Under the pieces are notes generated by a model. The model did not search any database. It was not told the DNA's origin and saw only the letters and a program-made list of their open reading frames with translations. A stretch of 61,985 nt of DNA, filler included, from Streblomastix strix (taxonomy: Eukaryota): NCBI GenBank assembly GCA_008636045.1. It is 4 parts of 4 records of this genome, joined end to end, with 100 filler letters (N's around TTAATTAATTAA, not from the genome) between each part and the next. Parts side by side here need not be neighbours in the genome. Positions count along the whole stretch, not along the records: positions 1 to 15,433 come from SNRW01000985.1; 3 more parts are not named here. The stretch is one strand, 5' to 3'. Every line of letters begins with the position of its first letter. Positions within the stretch are counted from its first letter, which is position 1. A program made the position numbers and the translations under genes. Of this stretch, positions 1-15,533 are shown in pieces.

Positions 1-1
1 A

Positions 2-3000
2 AATTCTGGCTATTCAAGCACGGATCTTTCTTATGTTGAAGTTAAAAGTGGTGGATTATTCACTGTTACAGGCAAAGTTTAATTCATGTATCTTAATTTC
101 ACAATGACCTCGGTTCCTAATATAGATGGAGGTGTTATAGTTATGCGATATGAGACAGATAATACTGCATTAGATGTTCAGCGTTGTGTTTTCTACAAAT
201 GCAAAGTTTAAGATCTAAAAAAAGGAGGAGCAATTTATGCTAGAGCATCTATTGATGCATCATTGGCAATTTCTTATACATAATTCATTGAATGTGAGGC
301 TTATTAAGGAGGTGCTTTTTATATAGATTTATTTAATGGTCTTGATGTTACTCTTAACGAATTGACATTTGATAAATGCATTGCTAATAATGGTGGTTAT
401 GGTGGTGGCACACAAATAAATTTTAATTCGGATGCATAAGGTACCGTAATATTTACAGGAACAAATATATTCAATGAATGCAAAGCTAATAGAGGAGCTG
501 GCATGTATATATCGTTATAACTTTTGTAATCATCATATTAATTAACAGGAACATTTTAGATTAAAAATTGTGAAAGCGCTTGGTAAGGAGGAGGATTATA
601 TATTTCAAACTCGTATGGAACAACCAATTTATCTCCAACAGGTACTTAAAACATTATCAGTAATTGTACTGCTTAAAATTATGGAGGAGGTATATATTCT
701 TCAGTATCTTATTCAGGATAATTAAATATAGCTAATACAGTATTTTAGGACTGTACCGCATATATGGAGGATGCTTCAACTAGTGGAGGAGGAGCATTAT
801 ATTGTTTTTTAAACAGTAGTTAAATAAGCATAACAAATTCTTAATTCACAAGATGCTAACTTTATTAAGGCGGATGCGGAGGAGCAATTTTTTTTTAATA
901 TAATTATACATCAAACATTTCAATAACTTCTACTTCTTTCACTGATTGCAAAACATTATTTAAATAAAACAATTAAACTTTCGGATGGGGAGGAGCTGTT
1001 TATATACAGTCAAATGCTTCTGCTGGATCACTTACATCAACCAGCTTATAAATGACAGGTCTATCATTCTCAGGCTGCGAATCATGTGTTGGAATTGGAA
1101 ATAATATTCATATACTCTCTTCAGATACACCGAGTACAGGATAATAGATAAAGGGTTCTTCTCTTATAACAGTCACTGGTGTGAATGATTTATATACCAA
1201 TGCCAATTATGCATATGATTATATGGGAATTAATAATGCAACTGCTGTTGGAAATGTTGGTACAACTAATTTAGATAATCATGCTCCATTATTTGAATAA
1301 TTATTCACATCTGTTGTACCTAATCCTTCGTATATTGATGCAACAAATGGTTAAGATATTAAATATTGCGGACCGTTGAAAGCAAAATGCAAAAAAATTA
1401 CATTTGCAATTGATAGAAATACTGCTCCACAAACTGGTAGTGCGCCATCAAAGGACACCAAATTTGAATTAATCCTAACAACAACACCTTCTTCTGATAG
1501 TAACCTAAAAATTAGTTTGCCTACCACATACCATAATTATATCACCATTCAGTCTATTGGATACAATCCTGAAGGAACTGCATATACTAAATAAAAAATA
1601 TCTTCTTCATCTAATACTAATTCATTATTCTCTATAACTGGTGTTGGTCGTCTTTAACTTCTTGGACTTTTATTTGATAATCTTGCAGCAGCTGCGACTT
1701 CTCCATTGATATCAATACAAAGTAGTGATACTTCTGTAGATTGGTTTACAACTATAAGCTGTGAATTTGCATTGGCTGGATCTTAAAATCTTGCTCATTA
1801 AATAATATCAGTTAATGGAGGAAAGATATCCATCTAAAAGACTTCATTTATAAATTATAAATTTAGTGGAACAATTACTGTATTTGTTATATAATCAGTA
1901 TCTATTAGTTCAATTGTTGATTTAGTATAAGTTGCTTTCACAGACATTACACAATCAGGAACTGGGAATGGAGCAGCAATCAATGCTGCATTAAATAGTG
2001 GTAGTTCTTTAAAGATTAGTGTTTCTAGTAATTTCACAAGATGTAAAGCCAATAATGGATTAGGTGGTGCAATATATTCAACATTAAGTGGAGGTTAAAT
2101 TGAATTGAATTAAGTAACTTTCACTTCTTGTGAATCAAAAACTGGTGGTGCTGTATATTCAGCAATTACTGGAACAGGTAAATTAACAGTTACTAATCAA
2201 TGTTCATTCACTTCATGTACAAGTACTGAATTAGGTGGAGCTATATATTCAACAGTAGGTGGAGGATCAGCTGATTTGAACAGAGTCACTATGAATGGTT
2301 GCAAAGGGACCAATGGAGGAGGAATTTATACAATAATAAGTGGTGCTGGTAAATTGACTGTTACAAATCAATCAGTTTTTACTGGATGCTAAGGAACTAC
2401 AGGATATGGTGGTGCTATATATGCATAAATAATAAATGATGCAAGTTCTAGTGTATGCGTTTCAATAACAGGGACTGCATCAACATTCTCAAGTTGCACA
2501 GTTTCAACTGCTTCAGGACATGGTGGTGCTATATATCTTGATCTTGAAAGTGGAACGGAAACTAAGTATGATTTAACAGGAGCAAGTTATTCAACTACTG
2601 CAAGTACTTTAAATAATGCATAATATGGAAAGAACTTATTCATTAAAGCAGCCAATCTTAGAACCGCAGTTCCTATAGGGGATGCCACACGGATAAAACT
2701 TGGGGCAATTAATCCAGAAACTGATTTTAAGAATCTTATGGGATATGATAATGGAATTACAACACTAGCTTTACCACTATATTATGTATATACAGCAGTT
2801 AAGAGTGATATTTATCATGTTAATAATGCAGCAGGAAGTTATACGATTGGATCTGGATACAACAATATTTTCTGTGGACATTATGGATGGCCATGTTTGA
2901 CAATAGATTATTCTATTCAATAAACAGGAAGTGCAGCAGAAAAGAAAATTGGGATTATAAATGAATATAAATTAGGCTCGTTGATATAAATAGATTAAAG

Positions 3001-6000
3001 TGGCAAAGAAGTGAAAATATTAAATTCACTTACTTCTACAGGAAGTACTTCAACTACATAATCTATATTATTGATTGAATAAGCTGGAAAGTTTTCAGTA
3101 ACAAATGGCACGCTATCATTTGATAAAATAACATTTTCTATTAATACTAATGCATTGGAAGGATATATCATAACTGGATCAACATAATCAACAAAGATTT
3201 AGATTGATAATTGTATAATGAAAACAACTGCAGCTTCATCAACAATAAAAACAGGACTTGTTGAAGTTGCATATGGAATTCTGAGTGTAACAAATTTGAA
3301 TGTAAAAGATATGAAAATATAAGATAGAAGTGTAATTAAAGTTAATGAAGGATCCAATGTAGGACTTATTAGTATAAGTGGAAGTACATTTGAGAATATA
3401 TAAAGAACTGGAGATAATTAGAAAGGAGGAGTATTAGAAGGATATCTTGGTAGTAACAATGGATAATTAAGAGTAAGCGGCACATTTAAAAATTGCAAAG
3501 TTAGTAATACAGATGGATATGGAGGAGCTATCTATATTAAAATCACATCAGATTTATTGAATATGTTTGATTTGAGTGGGACAAGTTATTCAGGTTGTGA
3601 TGCTTAATATGGAAAGAGTTTATTCATTGAAGCTTATAATCTTAGGACAGCAGTACCATTACACACAGAATCATCATTAACAAAAACGAAAATAGGAGCT
3701 GGAAGTGATGAATATGAAAAAGTTAATCTGGATAATCTAATGGGATATGATGGAGCAGATACATTAGCTATACCACTCTATTATGTATATACAGATATNN
3801 NNNNNNNNNNNNNNNNNNNNNNNNNNNNNNNNNNNNNNNNNNNNNNNNNNNNNNNNNNNNNNNNNNNNNNNNNNNNNNNNNNNNNNNNNNNNNNNNNNCA
3901 TCATTAACAAAAACGAAAATAGGAGCTGGAAGTGATGAATATGAAAAAGTTAATCTGGATAATCTAATGGGATATGATGGAGCAGATACATTAGCTATAC
4001 CACTCTATTATGTATATACAGATATTGATTCATAAGTATATCATGTAGAAAATGCTGATGGTACATTCAATGGAGATGATAATTAATTCTGTGGACATTT
4101 ATAATGGCCCTGCTTAAGTATGAGTCATGCAATAATACGAACTGGAGATTAAACTTTAAAGGAAATAGGAATTATGAATGAATATATATTGAATGAATAA
4201 GTAGAAATCAATCATGGTGATATGGAAATTCAAATCTCAAATTCACTTACTGAATCTGGAACTGTTACTGATATTAAATCCATCCTGAATATTGAAGATG
4301 ATGGAAAGATCTAATTAATTGCTGGAACACTGACGATTAGTAAGATAATATTCACTATTAATTAAAATTCAACAAATGGATATGTAATAACAGGAACAGC
4401 AACTTCAACATAAATTTCAATTGACAATTGTCTAATGAATATGTATGGTAGTATACCAGATTATTCATTATTAACTGGGCTTGTTAATCTGATTGGCGGG
4501 AGTCTGAATATTAATAATATATAAATCGAAGATATATCAATTTCAGATTCTCCTATAATATTAATCGGTGAATATTCTGGATAAATTAATATTATTGATA
4601 TTTATTATGATAATATATTAAGAACAACAAGCGATGATTCAATATCTTAAGTTGGTGGAACAATTGAAGCAACAATTGGAGGAAGTTTGGGATAATTAAC
4701 AATATCGAATGCAAATTTCATCAAGTGCATTTCATAATAATCATTTTAAGCTGGAGCTGTAAGTTTGATAGTTAAGGATTAACGAACAATAACAATTTCT
4801 TCGTCATCCTTCATTCAATGCGAATCTGACTTAGGAAGTGGAATCCATGCTTAAATATTATCTGGTGGAACATTAACAATTCAAGGAACATGCTCTTTAA
4901 TATGTTGTAAATCTAGATTAGATTTAGGAGCAGCATTTTATTCCACTATTTCAGGAACAAATAGTAAATTGATAATTGAAGATGAAATATAATTTGAAGG
5001 ATATTTAAAAGATTAAGAAGGAAATAAATAAATTGATCTTGGATAAGGAAGAGGTGCATATATTGATTTATCAGATAGCGGAATTATTGAAGCTAATAAA
5101 ATATTATTTAATGGATGCAAAGGATTAAACGGAGGAGGAATTCAAATCAATTGTCAAAGTTCTTAGAAGTAAATAATTTAAAGAATATAATTGACTGATT
5201 GTATAGGAACTGAAAATGGTGGAGGATTATATTGCATTATTGGTTCAGGAGAAATAGAAATGAATGAATTTACCATTAATGGATGTTCTGGATTGAATGG
5301 TGGAGGCATTTATACTTCTATTGAATAATCAGGTAAATTCACAATTAATGAATCATGCTCAATCAGTAATTGTTAAAGCACTGCTACAGGATCTGGAGGA
5401 GGAATATATGCTATTATTAATTCAGGAGAAATGGAAATGAATTAAATTACAATTAGTGATTGTTCTGGATTGAATGGAAGTGGAATTTACACATAAATTG
5501 ATTAATAAAGTAAATTCATAATCAAAGAATCAAGCTCAATCAGTAATTGTTAAAGCACTGCTACAGGATCTGGAGGAGGAATATATGCTATTATTAATTC
5601 AGGAGAAATGGAAATAGATTAAATTACAATTAGTGATTGTTCTGGATTGAATGGAAGTGGAATTTACACATAAATTGTTTAATAAAGTAAATTCATAATC
5701 AAACAATCATGCTCAATCAGTAATTGTTAAAGCACTTCTACAGGATCTGGAGGAGGAATATATGCTATTATTAATTCAGGAGAAATGGAAATAGATTAAA
5801 TTACAATTAGTGATTGTTCTGGATTGAATGGAAGTGGAATTTACGCATAAATTGATTAATAAAGTAAATTCATAATCAAAGAATCAAGCTCAATCAGTAA
5901 TTGTTAAAGCACTACTACTGGATCAGGAGGAGGAATATATGCTATTATTAATTCAGGAGAAATGGAAATGAATTAAATTACAATTAATGATTGTTCTGGA

Positions 6001-9000
6001 TTGAATGGAGGAGGAATTTACGCATAAATTGATTAATCAAGTAAATTCATAATTAAAGAATCATGCTCAATCAGTAATTGTTAAAGCACTTCTACAGGAT
6101 CAGGAGGAGGAATTTATGCTATTATTAGCTCGGGAGAAATGGAAATAAATTAAATTACAATTAATGATTGTTCTGGATTAAATGGAAGTGGAATATATAC
6201 TTCAATTGACTAATCAGGTAAATTCATAATTAAAGAATCAAGCTCAATCAGTAATTGTTAAAGCACTTCTACAGGATCAGGAGGAGGAATTTATGCTATT
6301 ATTAGCTCGGGAGAAATGGAAATAAATTAAATTACAATTAATGATTGTTCAGGATTGAATGGAAGTGGAATATATACTTCAATTGACTAATCAGGTAAAT
6401 TCATAATTAAAGATTCAAGCTCAATCAGTAATTGTTAAAGCACTTCTACAGGATCAGGAGGAGGAATTTATGCTATTATTAGCTCGGGAGAAATGGAAAT
6501 AAATTAAATTACAATTAATGATTGTTCAGGATTGAATGGAAGTGGAATATATACTTCAATTGACTAATCAGGTAAATTCATAATTAAAGATTCAAGCTCA
6601 ATCAGTAATTGTTAAAGCACTTCTACAGGATCAGGAGGAGGAATTTATGCTATTATTAGCTCGGGAGAAATGGAAATAAATTAAATTACAATTAATGATT
6701 GTTCTGGATTAAATGGAGGAGGAATTTACACATAAATTGATGGAACAAGTAAATTTACGATTAAAGATTCAAGTTCATTCACTAATTGCAATAGTTCTGA
6801 TGGTAATGGAGGAGGAGTTTAAATTAACATTGATTTTGCAACTTAAAGCTAAATTTCTATATAGGATACAACTTTTGATTCATGTTCTGCATTAAATCCA
6901 CAGATTTCAGATATTCATAAAGGATATGGAAGTGGTATTTTCATTTCTGGAATTAATTGGGATGATGTTAATAATGGAATTAATTTAGGATAAGTTGAAT
7001 ATAATAATTGTAAAGCTGATTAAGGAGATAAAGGATTATTTGTTGTAATGAATGATCTGAGAGAATTGTGCAGACTTGGAAATCCGAGAGGATAATATAT
7101 TCGAAGTAAAGATTATATCACTGAATTATCTGATATATCATTACTAATGGGATACAGAGGTTCACCAAATTAATTTGAATCTGTTACTGCTGATGATTTA
7201 ATAGATAGAATAAGTGAACTTGAGTATTATATAAGAGATTCAGGTAATTAATGGCATATTTCAGCATTGATCGATGGAATTGATAGATTATCATGTGGAT
7301 TAAAACCAAATCCATGCAAAACAATAAATTATGCATTTTTGCTTAATCCAATACTTTTTGAAGGATAATATAACCCAAATACTGACATAGCGACAATGAT
7401 TCTACTCGAAGATGATATGATTGATACTGTGATTAATATTAATACAGCTACAATTCTTGGGAATAATATTGCAATTTAATCAGAAAATGGAGGAGAAGGA
7501 AAAACTCTTTCTTATGAAAATATGTATAAGATCGGTAGTAATGCTGAATCAAATACGTTATTCAATGTGAGTGGTGATGGATCAAAACTTGGATTATATC
7601 ACTTGAAAATGGATAATTCGTTTGTTACTTCAACTTCACCACTGATTCTGTTAACAGGAGATTCATCAAATAACATTGATGCTTAACTCACTATTGAAAG
7701 TTGCATATTTGCTTAAAGTGGAAATACACCATTACCTGAACTGAAACATAATCTAATTTAGATAAATGGAGGATAAGCATCAATAAAAAATACATAAATT
7801 TCGAACTATTTATTCTCAAATGGAAAGAGTGTGATTAATGTTGATAGTATAACAGATTCCTAAGAATATTCATTGATATTAAGTGGAACAACAGTATCAA
7901 AGATTATTTAATAAGGAAATGATGGAGGATCAGCTTTAAGAGCAACCATTAAATCAGGAAGTTCTGTCCAATTATAAGATTATAGCGTATTTGAAGAGTG
8001 CATTTGTGAATCAGGATCTGGAGGAGCTATTAAAACATAATAGTATGGAGGAATATTGGATATAAAAGAAACAATAATGAAGAAATGCAAAGCACTGAAT
8101 GGAGGTGGTATTTATGCATCAATATTAGCAATGGAACAGTTTATAATAAATGAAGAAGTTTATTTTGAAGAATGTGAAGCATTCAGCACTAGCATATAAT
8201 AAGGTCGAGGAGGAGCTATATATTTAAATGTAGGATAAGATGCTCCTTATGAATTCACAGTTGGAGTTAATCTACATTTTTATCTAAATAAAGCATCCTA
8301 ATTTGGAAGAGATCTATTTATATATTGCAAAAATATTATTGTTATGAAACCAGATAGAAGAATTTTATATGATATGCTTAATGAAACATATGATAAGGAC
8401 AATGCAATATTTGGAACCGAATATGCATTAGAAACAGAACTTGGAAGACCGCAAATGATTGATTTTGATATACTTTCGTTGATGTTACCCTATTACAATG
8501 ATATTGTATATATTTCTTAAGACTAATCAATTTCTGAAAATACTTTGAAATGCGGAAGAATCTATTTACCTTGTGTAACACTTTCATATGGCGAGGGAAA
8601 GGTTATAACTCCTGAATGGACTTATGAAACTGTTCCATTAGATAGTACTGGAGCTTAATAAATAAATTTCACATTTATTATATTCAGAGGAAGTGAAATA
8701 ACAGCACCTTTTGAAACAGAAGCTAATAATGTAATAATAAGAGGTGCTTCCCCCGATGAATATTTATTTGCAACGCAACGAGCTATATTGATATTTACTA
8801 AAAGTGGATAAATCATCTGTTCAGATCTTGCTTAATGGTAATAATAAGGACAACTGGATTAAAGAAGTATAAATCAGAATTTTTATATCCACCATTTAGA
8901 ATTTGTGCTTACAGAAGATTCTGAAATCAAAAGTATTATTAAAATAATTGGGAGTTCATCGCACAATAACTTTGGAAGAAATGTTGAATTATAAATTGAA

Positions 9001-12000
9001 GATTGTATAATTTACTAGGAATCTCCATTAAATGATATTTCATGTGGATTGTTGAAGTCTGAACCACTTATTACACAATTAATACGTATTTCGATAGTTG
9101 ATGTAATTGTTGAAGATATTTGCATGATAGATACGGCTCTGATTGATTTGCAATATGAAACTGATGTTATTTAGTTAGATAATATCTTAAGTATAAAGAA
9201 ATGTTCATTCACAAACATTGAAAGTGCATTTTCATCCTCATCATTGTAATAACGAACTGAAGAAGTACAAAATATGAATTATTTTGGAGCATCATCTGTA
9301 ATTAGTATTTTTGGGGATAAAGCATTATTACTTCCAGTACACATTTCAGAATCAACATTTGAAAGATGCAAATGCAATTTAGAAGTTTCACCATCTGAAG
9401 AAAGATTGATCAGTGTTGGTGGAGCAATGTTATTTATAGGAAGGAACATACATATCAACTTTGAACATTTACGATTTGTTGATTGTGAATCACACATTGT
9501 ATTTATTGCTTCAGATAAAACTTCTTTATATTCCAATTCCAAAATTATTAAATAATAATCTTCACAAATAACCTAAAATTAAACATCATTCACTAATTTT
9601 CTTAATTATTCTCCGAATATATCACATACTACATAATAGTTATAAAATCAATAAATTAATTCAATTAATAAATCAAAATATCAAATTGAAGTCAGTGGTG
9701 GAATTTACATTGGAATAATTGATAGTGGAAGTGAATGGGTTGCAATTTCATAAAAAAGAATAATAGAAAAATTATAAGAACAAGGATTGAATTATAAAAC
9801 TATTTCTCGCAGAATTAATCATCTTTGCCGCCCATCTATTATATTCGATATTTGTGTGATGAAATAATGCAAAACTACAAAATCTGGAATAATTAGCACA
9901 ATTCCAATACTTGAATCTGGTGGAGTTATTTTACATAGCGAGAAATCATAAACAAGATGTAATTTCAATTAAAGTATTTTCTTGAACTGCATGATTTCTA
10001 CTTAATCTTCTCCTTCATCTTCTACAAACTTAGCTCCAAATGATCCAACACTTCTGTAAAATACTCCATTTGAATCACTCTGGTTGAGATAGAAAGAATT
10101 TGGAGTCGATGGAAGTGGATTGATTGTTGCATATGGAAGAACAATACCATCGATCAAAGCAGAGGGGATTTAATTTATTGGATGTGATGCTATTCAGTTG
10201 GATATTTACTCTTCTACTTCTATAAAACATAATGCAAATTCTATTTAATAATAATAGTAAATCAGAAATTTTGAAAATAAAGAAATTAATATTTCAAAAT
10301 AATTTACAGCAAATAATGAAATTAAACAGCATATTTCAATTAACCCAATTATTCCTCCTTCATCAGATATTTCACATCTATTCTCTCAGACAAAATATAA
10401 ATTCAGTAATAATTACTTCACAATCAAACTATAATTTGGTCGTTTCTCTTCTTAATCAATTCAGCTTGAAGGTATTTAAATTATTTTATAAAATTTTAAT
10501 ATTAAAATAATAATATATTTCATTATTATTTAATATTTCAGAATAAATTCTTGTACTCAAAGGATAAGGAGAGAAAGAAAGCTTACTAATCCAGAAAAAC
10601 ATCTCACAAAATCTTTTTATCCTTTTAAACAGCTAATTGAAAACATCACATCTATCAGCATAGCTCTGGGGAGCAGAAGCTGCATTGATTCGATCATAAG
10701 GTAATGGAATGAGTATAGTTGATGGATTGAGAGTGATTGGAGTTAAATAGGAAAGTGCAGTTGTGCATTGTTCTGTAATTGAAGTTATTAGTGGAGAATT
10801 GAGTCTTATTGATATTCATATTAATGATATAAATATTACTTAGAATTATAATGAGATTAATTCAATGAATGAAATAAGAATGAAGATGAAAGGATTGATA
10901 GAAATGAAAGAAAATGCAAAAGTTCTGTATGTTGAAAAATTATCTATCTCAAATATTAACATAGAAAATATAAACAAAGAATAAAGAATGACTTCAATTA
11001 TGATGAATGTTGGCCATCTGAAGTTGAGAAATAGTACATTTCTTGGAGAAGCTTATACATCAATTGGGAGTGCGATTCGAGCTTATCCTTCTGGTCCAAG
11101 CACAATTGATGCTGAAGGAGTTCTATTCAAAGGATAAGGAGATGGATACGGAACGAATGGAGGAGCTGTATATGTTGATATGAGAGTGTTTGATGTATAG
11201 ATATCATTTAAAAGATGCATATTCATTGGAAATAAAGCAGATTATGGATCTAATGTCTTCATACGTTATGCTTCTCCATCTTAGATGATAAATAGAAACT
11301 CATTCATTGGATGCACTGCGATTGTGGAGAGTAGTTATGAGTAAGACATAAGTGTTTGTTATTCATTTGGAGATAATGATGATGAAATATTTATTGATGA
11401 AAGAAATTTGATCCATAGTTCATGGAATCGATAGAAAAGCGAAGGAATTATCAGATTCATTTCAAATTCTGATACCAATCATACTCTAGATTCAAGCATG
11501 AAATGTGGATCAGTATCTAAACCTTGTAATACATATTAAATTTTGATTGAATAGATACAGTAAGAATCTGAAAGTATTGATAGGTCAACTGGAAGAGTTG
11601 AAACATTGATATTTGGCGAAGGGAAAATATCATCTCCGTTCATTGATCTTTCTCTTGCTCGATCAGATATAATAAATATTGTTGGATGTGGAGATCAATT
11701 AACTGAAATTTATCCACAATAATCAAGTTTTTAAGCGATGATTTATGGTGGTTTTAATTAGATTATTGTCATCGAAAGACTTTGTATTGCAAATTCGCCT
11801 GCATCGCCTTTGATTGGATTTATTAGAACATAAGGAGCAGAATCAGGACTTGTGATGCAGGATATGAGAGTTCAAGGATATTTAGAAACAAGTCCATACA
11901 ACACAATGTTAGAACCTCCATATCTGTTTAGTATTGAAGGATTTGTTCATTTATAGGATGTAATCTTTGAGCATATATATCTTCGTACAGGAGCAATTCT

Positions 12001-15000
12001 TCAAGTTGTTGGGTTAAGACGTACAGCAGATGATAGTAGAATAGAACAACTTGGGAAAACTTCAATTGGATTCTATAGATGCATATTTGATGATATCACA
12101 TCAAACGAATCAGTTCTTATTTCATTGAATGAAAAAGATTTAGCTAGTGCTTCTACTCCTTCTGAAATAAATAAGATCTTCAATAACAATGTATAGAATA
12201 GTGAGAAAACAATAAAATTTGTTATTGAAGACACAATATTCTCTGATTGTTCTTCTTCACTTCTTTTGAGCAATAAAAATGCAAAAGGAGGTTTATTAAA
12301 CTTGAAAAACAAGAAAGTAAGGTTTGAAATATTGAATAGTGAATATCGAAACATTGCAGTTAAATCAAGGAACATGTTATATTTAGCGTGGGGTGTTTAT
12401 GAGCCTGATAGTTAACAGATCAATATATTAACGATCACTGAAACATTCTTCACTAATTGTTCTGCTCTAATACCTGAAATGGATGAAAAAGTAGTTGAGT
12501 CATAAATAACATAAGGATAATAACCATCTCCTTAAACGATCAATTAATTTATTAATATTTAGTAATCGAATGAACTTTATACAAATGGAAGTATAATATT
12601 TGATGATATATATAAATATGGGTTGATATTTATCAATAATCTGAACAAGGAGATTAATGATTCAATAAATTTAGCTATAATTGATATAACAAGTTTATTT
12701 ATGTCTAATTGTCATAGTGCAATTGGTTCAGCTTTGACAGTAACTCGATTGACACTTAATTTATAAGAATCTGTATTTGTTGAACCGATGTGCTACGGAA
12801 ACATGCTATATTTAAACCAAACATAAACATCCATCAATAATTGCTATTTTAATGGATATAATAATACATTATCCGACATAATTACTGAAGATGGATAATC
12901 GATTTCTGATGCTTTCTGTCCAAATAATCCTCAATATTTCTCTTCAATAGAATATGCATTGGTTTATATAACTTAAGGAAGTTATATTAGTAATAATGAT
13001 ATTTATAAAGATACAAGAATTGGAGCTATTAGAATTGATAATGCCTAAGTTAAGTTATTAAACGTTTAATTCAGTGATCCTTGGGAAGAAAGCAGTCAAT
13101 TAGATGGATCATTGCTTATGATCTAATGCAAAGGAGAATCAAATCTAAATATCATAGAACCAACTGTGAATTAAATGAATGAAGAAAATTGTGAAGAAAA
13201 AAGTTAAAATTCTTCTTCAATTTCAAATGAAAATGAGATTGAATGCTAATTTGGAATCATATTTGATGATATTTGCAAATTTTAACTGTCTGAATTCTTC
13301 TAATTACCACCAATGCCAGTTCCACTACTTAAAAGTGCCAAAGTTGTAGTAAATGTTGATAAAGATCAAGAAGCGATGAAGTTTGTAATCGAAGGAGAAT
13401 AATTTGTACTGTCTTTATTCACTGTTTAAATAGTAGAGTTAGAAAATAAAACTATTGAAGAGATAAAAGAAGAATAAAGTTTAAACAAATAATAAAGTTT
13501 TAAATATTCTCTTCAACCTAATTCTAACAGTAATTAATTGTATACACTTAACAACTCAAGAATGAATTAATACCAAAATTAAATTTCTAATCAAGATCAT
13601 AAAACTTCTCTTTTTACACAACTTCACTTTTCTCATAACTCTAGACTCTATGATAATTCAGATCAAATGAATGATTATGAACTTGTCAGAGATGATAAAG
13701 GATATTTAATCTGGCCACTTGAAGATGCAACAAAACTTCCAATCTACGCGCATGGTAAAGTTCGAAGCTCAAACAAAGCCAAATTCTCTATGAGAGATTA
13801 CAGCTGGTTAGATAACAGATAGAAGTGGTATGGAATCTTAATATCGAATGATGGAAAACAATTCTATGGACTTGATGGTGGAAATGAATCAGTGAGATTA
13901 GAAGTTGAAATTGAAGAAGGAGAACAATTTGTTAATTTCATTAGGTTCTAATTAGCTGAATGGTGGGCTTGGGTAGTTCCACCAATAGTAGTTGGTTCAT
14001 TAACTCTAGTCATATCTGGAATTGTGTATATAATATGGAAAGATAGATACGAAAAGAAGAAAGAAGCCGAACATCTGAAAGAACTCCAATAACAAAAAGA
14101 AAAGCGAAAAAAAGATGAAGAAATGAGTCGTTTGAATTAAGTTTAATATGATGAAGATAAAGATAATCATACAATGATAGTAACTAAAGAAGATGAAGTA
14201 ACAACTTAATTACCTAAAGTAAACTTAACTGAATCACAATCGTCCATTCATTTTGTAAGTCTCAGAAAAAATCAATAGTAAACATAAAGTTAAATATTAC
14301 TTGATTCTGAATCTAAATCTTAAAGTTCATCTACACTTCCAATTAAACAGAAATCTCATTTACAAATAAATCCACGAGATGATGAATAATTTGCAGATGT
14401 TATGAAAGTAATTGACAAAGTTTCATAATCTTCATCTTAATCTGAAACTAATCCATCAATATTACAGTAATTGGAAACTCCAAATGCTTGGCAGTAAGAG
14501 CATATAATGGAATCTTTTGAAGCATTTCCTAATCTGACAAGAGTTCCATCACATTCATCTACAACTTCATTAATCATGCCAACTTCTTAATCTTCATCTT
14601 AATTCTAAACTAATCAATCAATAATTCCTATATCTTCGTCTACTTAATCAATAATTCCCTAATCTTCATCTTCTTAATCAATTTCTAAATTAACGAATCT
14701 ATCGAGTACTAATCAAAATCATCTAAGTAAACACTTTGACAGACTTGAACTGTTATTGCAAACCCTTGAAAATAAATAAACCATTAAAGAAAAACATCCA
14801 CTTGCAACTTGTGAGTATGATTAATCAACCGATACATTATAAACTTCTGATACAAATATTAACGTTAAATCAAATACAAACTTGACATCATAAAACAGCT
14901 CAGACACAAAAATAAACAAAAGTATTTCATCACTTCACAAATAAAAGCCAAAACAACATTCATCAAGTTAATCCAAAGCAACTTTCACTGGATTTCTTGA

Positions 15001-15433
15001 ATTTCAAGAAGCACCAGATATTGACTTCTCTCTTATTTCATCTGATGCTCCTGAACTTGAAAGGGTTGTTTGGGGACCTTCTGGACCTCCAGCAACTCTA
15101 TCATTAGCTAAATTTGGTATCTTCGTTCCAACACCGGAGATTTTATAGCTTTAAAGAAGACAAAGTATTATTAATGATTAAGTAGATTAACCAATAGATG
15201 AATAAAATAATAAAATAGTGCAAACTGTTAAATAATAAATATCTGAGAAAGAATAACTAGGTTAGAATGATTTAAAACAAAAAGAGAAAGAAAATTCAAT
15301 TGAAGGAGAAAAAACTAAATAAATTATTTCAAATAAAGAAAAATAAAAATTGAAAATTAATGTAAAAAGGAGGAAGAAATCACTTCAGAAATAAGATTAA
15401 TTTCCTCATTAATGCCTTTCTCCTGTGGAAGAA
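2..15433 (+). CDS. Giant (>5000 aa, partial at both ends) single-pass membrane protein with GGAIY/Pmp-like right-handed beta-helix repeats
   Basis: With TAR=Gln, frame 2 reads from base 2 to the gap at 3799 and resumes at 3901. One GT-AG intron at 10472-10541 restores the frame, which runs to the contig end. Many GG(A/G)IY and FxxC motifs. Repeated module YG(K/R)xLFI...LMGYD...PLYYVY...FCGHxxWPCL at ~2520-2920 and ~3510-4130, with diverged copies at ~6900-7330 and ~8200-8590. TM helix WWAWVVPPIVVGSLTLVISGIVYIIW at ~13961-14038 followed by KDRYEKKK and an S/Q-rich tail. No in-frame TGA in the stretches I translated. Confidence 0.88.
3799..3898. other. Scaffold gap with 127-bp duplicated flanks
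   Basis: 3672-3798 is repeated at 3899-4025. An overlap of 127 nt is typical of a de Bruijn k-mer overlap. Confidence 0.9.
5200..6820 (+). repeat. In-frame tandem array of ~180-bp (60-aa) units, about 8-9 copies
   Basis: Unit ...ISNCQSTSTGSGGGIYAIISSGEMEINQITINDCSGLNGSGIYTSIDQSGKFIIKESSS recurs every 180 nt (TCAATCAGTAATTGTTAAAGCAC near 5359, 5539, 5714, 5890, 6068, 6244, 6421, 6598 by eye; the period is ~177-180 nt). The last copies are nearly identical. Confidence 0.93.
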
Positions 15434-15533
15434 NNNNNNNNNNNNNNNNNNNNNNNNNNNNNNNNNNNNNNNNNNNNTTAATTAATTAANNNNNNNNNNN
15501 NNNNNNNNNNNNNNNNNNNNNNNNNNNNNNNNN
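15434..15533. other. Artificial contig linker (N-TTAATTAATTAA-N)
   Basis: The same 100-nt linker recurs at 30959-31058 and 46473-46572; segment lengths decrease monotonically. Confidence 0.97.

Noticed and set aside
3672..4025. 127-bp direct repeat around the N gap
   Set aside because: Length and position indicate an assembler k-mer overlap, not a biological duplication, although collapsed repeat modules cannot be excluded.
15478..15489. TTAATTAATTAA palindrome (also 31003-31014 and 46517-46528)
   Set aside because: Identical artificial linker embedded in Ns. Gene neighbourhoods across these points are not real.
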